Shown piece by piece: positions 24,982-32,603 of a stretch of DNA of 32,603 bases. The stretch is from Cyanophyceae cyanobacterium (lineage in GTDB: Bacteria > Cyanobacteriota > Cyanobacteriia > Cyanobacteriales > JBHJGN01). The stretch is taken from contig JBHJGN010000059.1 of assembly GCA_050331735.1 (NCBI GenBank), positions 1-32,603 on the forward strand, in the 5' to 3' direction. Every line of letters begins with the position of its first letter. The first letter of the stretch is position 1. The notes under the pieces are model-generated. The model worked only from the letters and a program-made list of their open reading frames with translations. It did not search any database and was not told the DNA's origin. The position numbers and the translations under genes were made by a program.

Positions 24982-27948
24982 TTGGTTACTCAAGTCTCTA
25001 GTCAAAGCTACGAAGCCAAAACTCAGGAAATTGCTAAACAGCTCCTGGCAGCTACCCGAGACCGTTCTTTCTTTGCTCAAATGCGCGATCGCCTGCGGCC
25101 CGATGACCGACTGCTTGACTGGGCCATGAGCAATCCGGGTTTGCGAGTTCAGCTATTCCGCTTCATCGACTGTTTGCCCACTCTCCACAGTAAAGCCGAA
25201 ATCGCCCGCCATTTGCAGCAGTATTTGGGTGCAGAGTCAGTAGAACTGCCCGCAGCGCTCAAGGGCATTCTTAATTTTACCGATCCCACTTCTCCCCCCG
25301 CCCAAGTAGCGGCAGCCACAATCTCGAAAACGGTAGAAACGCTGGCTCAAAAATACATTGCCGGAGAGACCATCGAGCAGGTTCTCACCACAGTAGAACG
25401 CCTACGAAAGGAAAAAATGGCGTTCACCATCGATCTCTTAGGAGAAGCCGTGATCGCCGAAGCCGAAGCGCAAGACTATCTCCAGGGATATCTAGAACTC
25501 ATCGCTCGCCTCACCGAGGAGGCGAAGCAGTGGAAAACAATCGAGGAAATTGATTTAGCAGACGGGGAAGCACTGCCGAGAGTGCAGGTGTCGGTTAAGT
25601 TGACCGCCTTCTATTCTCAATTTGACCCCATCGCTCCGCAAACCAGCAAACAGCAGGTCTGCGATCGCATTCGGGTGCTGCTGCGCCACGCCCAAGCTCA
25701 AGGAGCCGCTGTTCACTTTGATATGGAACAGTACGTGTATAAAAACTTAACTTTGGCGATCCTCAAAGAACTGCTCCTCGAAGAAGAGTTTCGGCACCGA
25801 ACCGACATCGGCATTACGCTACAGGCGTATCTGCGCGATTCCTACGAGGATCTTCAAGACCTGATCGCGTGGGCCAAGGAACGCAGCTATCCAGTGACGG
25901 TACGATTGGTCAAAGGAGCCTACTGGGACCAGGAAACCATCAAATCTCTACAACATCACTGGCCGCAGCCCGTTTACGATGATAAAGCCGCCACCGACGC
26001 GAACTTTGAGCGAATGACCACCCTGCTGCTAGAGAACCATGAGTATCTGTACGCCGCTATCGGAAGTCATAACGTGCGCTCGCAGGCGCTGGCGATCGCC
26101 ATTGCCAACACCCTTAATATTCCCCGTCGCCGCTTTGAGATGCAGGTTCTCTACGGCATGGGCGAACAGCTCGCCAAAGCGCTCGTACAGCAGGGACATC
26201 GCGTACGGGTCTATGCTCCCTACGGGAAACTGCTCCCCGGGATGGCTTACCTGATCCGGCGTTTGCTAGAGAATACGGCCAACAGTTCCTTCCTGCGGCA
26301 GAATTTAGAAGAGCGCCCCATCGAGGAGTTGATTGCTCCCCCCGTTGCCCAAGAGCAAGGGCACGAGCACCACGGCACCTCCTTTCCTAATGCCCCAGAT
26401 ACCGACTACGCCGATGTCGCCCAAAGAGAGAAAGCTCAGCAGGCACTCGCTCAGGTCAGAAACTCTTTCGGGAAAATCTATTGGCCGCTTATAGACGGCC
26501 AGTTCGTCGAAACCAACCGCACGATCGACTCGGTGAATCCTTCCCGCTCAGATGAGGTGGTGGGGAAAGTGGGTCAGATCGCTATCGAGCAAGCTCAGCA
26601 GGCTCTAGAAGCGGCTCAAGCAGCGTTTCCCCAGTGGAGCCGCACCTCCGTCAGAGAGAGAGCCGGAGTACTGCGCAAAGCAGCTCAAATCATGGCAGAA
26701 CGGCGGTACGAACTCGGCGCCTGGATCTGCTTAGAAGTCGGCAAAGTTTTGAGTGAGGCGGATGCGGAAGTGTCAGAAGCGATTGATTTTTGCCGCTACT
26801 ACGCTGATGAAATGGAGCGCCTCGACCAGGGCTACAGCTATGACGTGGCCGGGGAAACGAATCGCTATGTATACCAGCCGCGAGGAGTGGCGGTGGTCAT
26901 TTCTCCCTGGAACTTCCCGCTGGCGATCGCCACTGGCATGACGGTGGCAGCGCTGGTCGCGGGCAACTGTACGCTCCTCAAGCCTGCCGAAACGTCTTCA
27001 GTTATTGCGGCTCAGCTAGCCGAGATTTTGAGGCTGGCAGGAGTGCCCAACGGAGTCTTTCAGTACATTCCGGGCAAAGGTTCAGAAGTAGGAGCCTACC
27101 TGGTTAAGCATCCCAATGTCCACCTGATCGCCTTTACGGGCTCGCGGGAAGTGGGATGCCGAATTTACGCGGATGCTGCCGTTCTTCAACCCGGCCAGAA
27201 GCACCTCAAGCGGGTCATTGCGGAGATGGGCGGTAAAAACGCCATTATCGTGGACGAAAGTGCCGATCTCGATCAGGCTGTAGCCGGAGTGGTCAGGTCG
27301 GCGTTTGGCTACAGCGGTCAAAAATGTTCAGCCTGCTCGCGGGTGATCGTGCTATCTCCGGTGTACGAGGCTTTTGTGAAACGGCTGGTAGAAGCGGCTC
27401 GCTCCCTTAACGTCGGCGCGACGGACAATCCGAGCACCACTGTTGGACCCGTTATTGATGCCACCGCCCGCGATCGCATTCTCGAATACCTCGAGCAAGG
27501 ACGCGCCGAAGCCGAAGTGGCCTTGGCGATGGAAGCTCCTGGCGGTGGCTATTTTGTCGGTCCCACCGTCTTCAAAAATGTTCCAGCCGAGGCGGCGATC
27601 GCCCAAGAGGAAATCTTTGGTCCGGTGCTAGCCGTGCTGCTGGTCAAGGATTTTGATGAAGCGCTAGCGGTGGCGAACCGAACCGATTACGCTCTGACAG
27701 GAGGACTCTATTCTCGGACTCCTCACCATATCGAACGGGCAACGGCAGAATTTTCTGTGGGGAATCTTTACATTAACCGCACTATCACCGGAGCGATAGT
27801 CTCCAGACAACCTTTCGGCGGCTTTAAACTCTCTGGCGTTGGCTCTAAGGCAGGCGGTCCCGACTACCTGCAACAGTTCCTCGAACCCCGCACGATTACT
27901 GAAAATACTCAGCGACAGGGATTTGCCCCCATAGAGGGAGCCGAGTAA
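24982..27948 (+). CDS. putA: Bifunctional proline dehydrogenase / P5C dehydrogenase
   Basis: PRODH motifs (DLLGE, VRLVKGAYWD, SHN, YLIRRLLEN) fused to ALDH motifs (SPWNFP, FTGS, EMGGKN, GQKCSA, EEIFGP); TTG start with AGGAG RBS. Confidence 0.96.
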   Translation: MVTQVSSQSYEAKTQEIAKQLLAATRDRSFFAQMRDRLRPDDRLLDWAMSNPGLRVQLFRFIDCLPTLHSKAEIARHLQQYLGAESVELPAALKGILNFTDPTSPPAQVAAATISKTVETLAQKYIAGETIEQVLTTVERLRKEKMAFTIDLLGEAVIAEAEAQDYLQGYLELIARLTEEAKQWKTIEEIDLADGEALPRVQVSVKLTAFYSQFDPIAPQTSKQQVCDRIRVLLRHAQAQGAAVHFDMEQYVYKNLTLAILKELLLEEEFRHRTDIGITLQAYLRDSYEDLQDLIAWAKERSYPVTVRLVKGAYWDQETIKSLQHHWPQPVYDDKAATDANFERMTTLLLENHEYLYAAIGSHNVRSQALAIAIANTLNIPRRRFEMQVLYGMGEQLAKALVQQGHRVRVYAPYGKLLPGMAYLIRRLLENTANSSFLRQNLEERPIEELIAPPVAQEQGHEHHGTSFPNAPDTDYADVAQREKAQQALAQVRNSFGKIYWPLIDGQFVETNRTIDSVNPSRSDEVVGKVGQIAIEQAQQALEAAQAAFPQWSRTSVRERAGVLRKAAQIMAERRYELGAWICLEVGKVLSEADAEVSEAIDFCRYYADEMERLDQGYSYDVAGETNRYVYQPRGVAVVISPWNFPLAIATGMTVAALVAGNCTLLKPAETSSVIAAQLAEILRLAGVPNGVFQYIPGKGSEVGAYLVKHPNVHLIAFTGSREVGCRIYADAAVLQPGQKHLKRVIAEMGGKNAIIVDESADLDQAVAGVVRSAFGYSGQKCSACSRVIVLSPVYEAFVKRLVEAARSLNVGATDNPSTTVGPVIDATARDRILEYLEQGRAEAEVALAMEAPGGGYFVGPTVFKNVPAEAAIAQEEIFGPVLAVLLVKDFDEALAVANRTDYALTGGLYSRTPHHIERATAEFSVGNLYINRTITGAIVSRQPFGGFKLSGVGSKAGGPDYLQQFLEPRTITENTQRQGFAPIEGAE

Positions 27949-28232
27949 GGCACCGTGGGCGCGGGGAAAGGGAGGAATGGAACAATTTTCTGCCCCCTTA
28001 ACCCGCTCCGGAGGAACATCACATCAATCCGTCAACAGTTGATACAAACAATTCAGAATCGGGAACTCTATTAAGGTAAGACGTTAGGAGTCACTCCCAA
28101 GTTCACCTGGTATACTGCTGGCAGCAGAGTTAACTTTAGCTACCAACTTGCCTCCGATGCCGAGTGGCCCAGATGCAACAGACCCGATTGCTAACTAACT
28201 TTCTGCCAAACAGACTCGACCTCATGTAGCAC

Positions 28233-30128
28233 TTGGCTGGCGATATGCAGCACTCCTCATCCTCTCAGCTCGGACAACAAATTGTTCAGCTCGTCCTGGC
28301 TAGTACCGCTCCCGAGCGCCTCCTGTCAGAAATTGCTGCCCGGCTGGGAAAGTTTTTTCAAGCTGATTTTAGTGTGATTGTTACCACCGTGGCGATAGCG
28401 GATGCCAGTCTTAGCTTAGATTCAGCAGGCGAGCCCCCCAACGCTCTCATCGGCTTCTGGTATGGCAATGATACCGTCAAGCTTTCTCGAGCAGCCCTGC
28501 TCAAGCAGTGTTTAATTGCTCAGGACTTAGTAGCGGCAGAGCCCTTTGCTTCAGTAGACGTTGAGCAGGTTCCGTTTTTGCATGAGCTTCCGGTCAAAGA
28601 ATTGCTACAGATCGTTACGTGCTATCAGGGTGCGATTAATGGAGCTATCTTCCTGGGATTTTCCGAGCCTCAGCGGTGGAGTCGAGAAGAGCAGCTCATG
28701 CAAACGATTGCTGAATCAGTGGCTATAGCCGTTGCCAGCCTTAACTTCCATCAACAAACGCAAATTCAGAGCCGTTACCGCTCACTGTTTAAGATATTTA
28801 GTCAAACTCACACCAGTGCTAATGCTGATGCGCAGCTCGATGTGGCGCTAGAGGCGATCGCGATCGCGCTGCAGGTAGACTGGGGCTGTATTTGGCAGTT
28901 GAAGCACCGAGACCCTTTGAAAAGCCGCAGCGAGCTTCAGGGAACCGCAGAAGCGATCGCGCAATGGTCAGGGTCTATAGACTATGAGGCTCCGTCTTCA
29001 GTTCCTCTAGCCGCTCCCCTCTTCCAGAAAGTCTGGCAACAAGCGCCTCAGCCACTGGCCCTTACCGAACGAGCCGCTTTAGAAACCCAGTCTCCCTCCA
29101 TTGTCGCTGCTGAAGCCTCAGCCCTGCTGGCGGTGCCAATTATCAGCGCTCAAAAACCTGATTTATCGGCGCCAGCGATTCTAGGCTTTGTTGTTCTTCA
29201 ACAGCAACAGCCGCGCGTATGGCAACGAGACGAAATCGAGCTGGTAGAATGGGCTGCCGCTCAGTCTGGCACTGCCGTTACTTATCATCAAACCCTTAAT
29301 CGAGTACAGTCCCTCGTGGAAGAACGGACAGCACAGCTTCGTCTTAGTCTCGAAGTCCAAGCCAAGCTTTCTGAGAAAATGCGCCAGCAAATTTCTAAAC
29401 TCCAGCGTCTGAACCAAGTTAAAGATGAATTTATCGCCAACTTAAGCGATTCTCTTAAGCACCCACTCACCAAAATGAAAATGGCGATTCAAATGCTCAA
29501 GCTAGCCTCAGATGAGGAGCAGCGCCAGCGCTACTTAGAAATTTTAGAGCGAGAATGTGCCAAAGAAATCGGTTTAGTCAACGATTTGTTAACTCTTCAT
29601 CATTTAGAAGCCAACCGTTCCTCACTGTACGCTCAAAAACTCGACCTGAAGGAACTCATTGCCGAATTTGCTCACTCTTTTGAGCAGGAGTGGTCGGAGA
29701 AGGGACTAGCGTTGTCCGTTGATTACACTAACTTCGACGACTCTAAGTCTATCCTAATGTCTATTGATCCAGAAAGTCTGAGGCGAATTCTGCACGAACT
29801 GTTGACCAACGCCAGTAAATTTTCAGCCGCTGATACCGTCATCCACCTGACAATTACTCGGCAAGAACAAAATCAGATGGTTTTCCAGATTACCAATACG
29901 GGAGCGGGCATTTCCACAGAAGAACAAACTTTCATCTTTGATAAATTTCAGCGGGGCAAAAACGCTAGTCAAGGATCTGAGCAGGGAACTGGTCTTGGTT
30001 TGGCTTTGGTCAAGTCGTTAGTCCACAATCTTAACGGCACGATTGAGGTCTGTAGCTGTCCTTGCGAAGATTCTGAAATGTCGATTACCTCCTTTACTGT
30101 CATCCTACCAAGGTTTCAGGGAGCGTAG
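28233..30128 (+). CDS. GAF-domain sensor histidine kinase-like protein with an atypical H-box; start may be ATG 28245
   Basis: Two GAF-like regions, coiled coil, HATPase boxes (ELLTNASKFS, NTGAGI, IFDKF, GTGLGL); H-box reads SDSLKHPL. Confidence 0.85.
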   Translation: MAGDMQHSSSSQLGQQIVQLVLASTAPERLLSEIAARLGKFFQADFSVIVTTVAIADASLSLDSAGEPPNALIGFWYGNDTVKLSRAALLKQCLIAQDLVAAEPFASVDVEQVPFLHELPVKELLQIVTCYQGAINGAIFLGFSEPQRWSREEQLMQTIAESVAIAVASLNFHQQTQIQSRYRSLFKIFSQTHTSANADAQLDVALEAIAIALQVDWGCIWQLKHRDPLKSRSELQGTAEAIAQWSGSIDYEAPSSVPLAAPLFQKVWQQAPQPLALTERAALETQSPSIVAAEASALLAVPIISAQKPDLSAPAILGFVVLQQQQPRVWQRDEIELVEWAAAQSGTAVTYHQTLNRVQSLVEERTAQLRLSLEVQAKLSEKMRQQISKLQRLNQVKDEFIANLSDSLKHPLTKMKMAIQMLKLASDEEQRQRYLEILERECAKEIGLVNDLLTLHHLEANRSSLYAQKLDLKELIAEFAHSFEQEWSEKGLALSVDYTNFDDSKSILMSIDPESLRRILHELLTNASKFSAADTVIHLTITRQEQNQMVFQITNTGAGISTEEQTFIFDKFQRGKNASQGSEQGTGLGLALVKSLVHNLNGTIEVCSCPCEDSEMSITSFTVILPRFQGA

Positions 30129-30364
30129 TGACTGTGGGTTAAAGAGATCCTGCCGTCAGCGACAGGTTCGTGAAGTTTGGTAGCTTAGAGAAGCATGGTG
30201 ACTAGATTTGCCTTAAAGCCGACAAGCTCAGAATGAACAATAGCAAGCTAATTAATTTCTAGTTAAAAGTTGAAGCAAAACGACCTAATACCATTTACCG
30301 AAAGTAGTCAGATAGTTCCCAAACTAACCAAGCATTGGAGGTTCAAGGGCAAAGAGCTGCTGTG

Positions 30365-30399
30365 CTTCCCTTTCCCCTTGACCCCTTCCCCTTTCCCCC
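30365..30399 (+). repeat. STRR-like heptamer repeats (TTCCCCT)
   Basis: CTTCCCT TTCCCCT TGACCCC TTCCCCT TTCCCCC. Confidence 0.65.
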
Positions 30400-30472
30400 A
30401 ACTCATCAAGTCTCCTATTACTTTTTCTAATTGGTATAACAGCGTGAAATAAAGGATGTTTCTTCTTGACCT

Positions 30473-32272
30473 GTGAAAAAGAGTGCGGTCTTTAGATTTC
30501 TTCAGAATGCCACGAACAAGGGCTGGACGCGGGAGCAGCCCTATCTCACGGATAGCTCGCTGTACGGCGGAGACCTCCGTGCTCGGGATATTGCACCAGC
30601 TAAGGCTCGTAGCAATCTATTCCCTCGGATTTCCGCTCCTTTGCAACGGCATCTTGCTTCTCCCCTAGCTCGCCAACTGCAAATCTTTGGCGTAGCCGTT
30701 AAGCTGCTGTGGTTTATTTGGTGGGATTCGGTCGCTGGCAATTCTCACCAGCAAAGACAACGGCGAGCGCGCTGGTTAGTAAAACAACTGCTCAAGTTAG
30801 GACCAACTTTCATCAAAATCGGACAGGCGTTGTCTACTCGAGCCGATTTAATTCCTTTGGAGTATGTGCAGGAGTTAGCACACCTGCAGGATCGAGTTCC
30901 CCAGTTTTGCGAAGATGAGGCGATCTCTATTGTTGAGGCCGAATTAGGAGAGTCAATTTATTGCTTATTTAACCAGTTCGAGCGAGTTCCTCTCGCCTGC
31001 GCTAGTTTGGGTCAGGTGCATAAAGCGCAGTTGCGCAGTGGAGAAAATGTTGTGGTTAAGGTCCAGCGTCCTGGTTTAGAAAAGCTGTTTAACCTAGATT
31101 TTGAGGTGCTGCATCGGCTGGTGCGCTTGGTCACTCGCTACTTCGCCTGGACCAGAAAATACCAGTTAGAAACAGTTTATCAAGAGTTTTTTGAACTGCT
31201 CTATCAGGAAATAGACTATATTCACGAAGGCAAAAATGCTGATCGCTTTCGGGAAAATTTTAAAAGCGATTACCGCATTCTCATTCCCATCGTGTACTGG
31301 CGCTACAGCACCAAGCGGGTGTTAACGATGGAGTACTTGCCGGGAATCAAAATCAACGACCGCTCCGCACTAGAAGCCTGCGGGATTAACCCCGACACGA
31401 TTATTCAGCTCGGAATCTGCTGCTACCTCAAACAGCTACTAGAAGATGGGTTTTTTCAGTCCGATCCCCATCCCGGCAATATGGCGGTGAGTGAAGACAG
31501 TCGCTTAATTTTCTACGATTTTGGCACTATGACTGAGCTGAAGTCGGTGGCAAAAGAGCAGATGATTAAAACATTTTTTGCCGTCTTGCGTAAGGATACG
31601 GATGAGGTCGTCAATACCTTAGTCTACATGGGACTGATTGAACCATCCGCCGATATGACTCCCGTTAAACGCTTAGTTGAGTTTATTTTGGAGCAGTTTA
31701 GAGAGAGACCGATCAACGTCACAGAATTTGAGCATCTCAGCAGCGAGATCTACTTAATGTTTGAGCAGCAGCCTTTTCGGTTGCCCGCTCAGATGACGTT
31801 TGTCATTAAATCTTTAACCACCCTAGACGGCATTGCTCGCGCCCTCGATCCAAACTACAATCTGCTTGCTGCTAGCCAACCCTTCGTGCGCAACGTCATT
31901 CATTCTAATCGTCAAAATTTAGTCCGCTCTTTGGCTCAACAAGCAAAGGACTTCGTGAAGATGAGGTGGCGGCGACCGAGCCCAACGGAAGTCTTGCTGG
32001 GAAGACTAGACTCAAGAATTGAAGAAGGTTTAACAATACGTCTTCGTTCAGAGGGCGATCGCGCTCTCAGGCGCATCCATCTAGGAATCAAAAGTTTGAT
32101 CTATGCGCTTTTGTTTGGTCTGACTTTACTTTCCAGTACTGTCCTGTTGTCCACAGCTTACCATCGCTGGGCTTTTTTGGTATTTTCCTTGTCCGGTCTT
32201 TGGTTTCTGTTTCTGCTCCGTTCATTAATCGCTCTTTCAGTTCAAGAAAGACGCGATCGCTTAGCCAGATAA
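30473..32272 (+). CDS. AarF/ABC1/UbiB atypical protein kinase
   Basis: LGPTFIKIGQALSTRAD, ASLGQVH, VVVKVQRP, FFQSDPHPGN, YDFG, C-terminal TM segments; start uncertain. Confidence 0.93.
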   Translation: MKKSAVFRFLQNATNKGWTREQPYLTDSSLYGGDLRARDIAPAKARSNLFPRISAPLQRHLASPLARQLQIFGVAVKLLWFIWWDSVAGNSHQQRQRRARWLVKQLLKLGPTFIKIGQALSTRADLIPLEYVQELAHLQDRVPQFCEDEAISIVEAELGESIYCLFNQFERVPLACASLGQVHKAQLRSGENVVVKVQRPGLEKLFNLDFEVLHRLVRLVTRYFAWTRKYQLETVYQEFFELLYQEIDYIHEGKNADRFRENFKSDYRILIPIVYWRYSTKRVLTMEYLPGIKINDRSALEACGINPDTIIQLGICCYLKQLLEDGFFQSDPHPGNMAVSEDSRLIFYDFGTMTELKSVAKEQMIKTFFAVLRKDTDEVVNTLVYMGLIEPSADMTPVKRLVEFILEQFRERPINVTEFEHLSSEIYLMFEQQPFRLPAQMTFVIKSLTTLDGIARALDPNYNLLAASQPFVRNVIHSNRQNLVRSLAQQAKDFVKMRWRRPSPTEVLLGRLDSRIEEGLTIRLRSEGDRALRRIHLGIKSLIYALLFGLTLLSSTVLLSTAYHRWAFLVFSLSGLWFLFLLRSLIALSVQERRDRLAR

Positions 32273-32477
32273 CAGCTCAATTCCCCTTTCTTAAAGACCA
32301 TACGGAGCAAGGCAGAAGCGCGCTCAGCAGGAGGTGCGGAATGCACTGCCGTGCTTGCATGGGGAGAACCTTCGGCACAACACGCCTCCTGCCTCTTCAA
32401 GAGGTTAACGTTAATTCCAGCAGAAAACAGAAAACACTCCATCAAGTCAACAGACCGCCCCTAAATCCAAAAAAAAG

Positions 32478-32542
32478 CTTAACTTTCTTTACAAAAGTAA
32501 ATAAATCCGCTAAGGTAAGTAACAACAGGTAAAACGCCTGTT
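32478..32542 (+). promoter_or_regulatory. psbA-type promoter with an HLR1-like repeat and a 5'UTR hairpin
   Basis: TTTACA (32488-32493), 17-bp spacer, TAAGGT (32511-32516); CTTAACTT-TC-TTTACAAA resembles the HLR1 (RpaB) motif; hairpin AACAGGT-AAAAC-GCCTGTT at 32524-32542. Confidence 0.65.
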
Positions 32543-32576
32543 ACAAATTGTTCAAATAACTAGAAATAATTCATCA

Positions 32577-32603
32577 ATGACAACTACCATACAACAGCGC
32601 TCG
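32577..32603 (+). CDS. psbA: Photosystem II D1 protein, N-terminal 9 codons (partial)
   Basis: MTTTIQQRS resembles the D1 N-terminus MTTTLQQR; a psbA-like promoter and UTR lie upstream. Only 9 codons are visible. Confidence 0.75.

Larger units (their letters stand above)
1..32603. repeat. HIP1 octamer GCGATCGC dispersed throughout the window
   Basis: Examples at 1294, 2143, 2284 and 2533, with many more; a hallmark of cyanobacterial genomes. Confidence 0.9.

Noticed and set aside
30270..30452. 60-aa ORF upstream of the ABC1 kinase
   Set aside because: TTG start, with the FPFPLTPSPFP segment translated from STRR repeats; probably spurious.
32200..32532. 110-aa plus-strand and 67-aa minus-strand ORFs
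   Set aside because: They overlap the kinase 3' end, the hairpin and the psbA promoter; no protein-like features.

Overview
Cyanobacterial chromosomal window: the HIP1 octamer GCGATCGC is abundant, there are STRR-type heptamer repeats, and a psbA start lies at the right edge. From left to right it contains the 3' end of an IS701-family element abutting a copper amine oxidase; TetR with a divergent devBCA exporter; an orphan solute-binding protein; a TPR protein; a secreted hypothetical protein carrying an in-frame hairpin repeat; an unannotated 36-aa membrane peptide; two tandem filamentous-haemagglutinin/TPS exoproteins; a candidate uncharacterised redox-signalling locus; xth; a Gfo/Idh/MocA oxidoreductase; putA; a GAF histidine kinase with an atypical H-box; an ABC1/UbiB kinase; and the psbA promoter and start. 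The strongest lead is 16458-22696. It encodes a diheme cytochrome c peroxidase homologue apparently lacking its catalytic Glu and distal His, a DAHL-type membrane sensor with no output domain, a NapH/MauN-like Fe-S membrane protein and an Arg-variant MinD/ParA ATPase, with a divergent pseudo-receiver/PAS protein. All family assignments come from motif recognition by eye, not from database searches.
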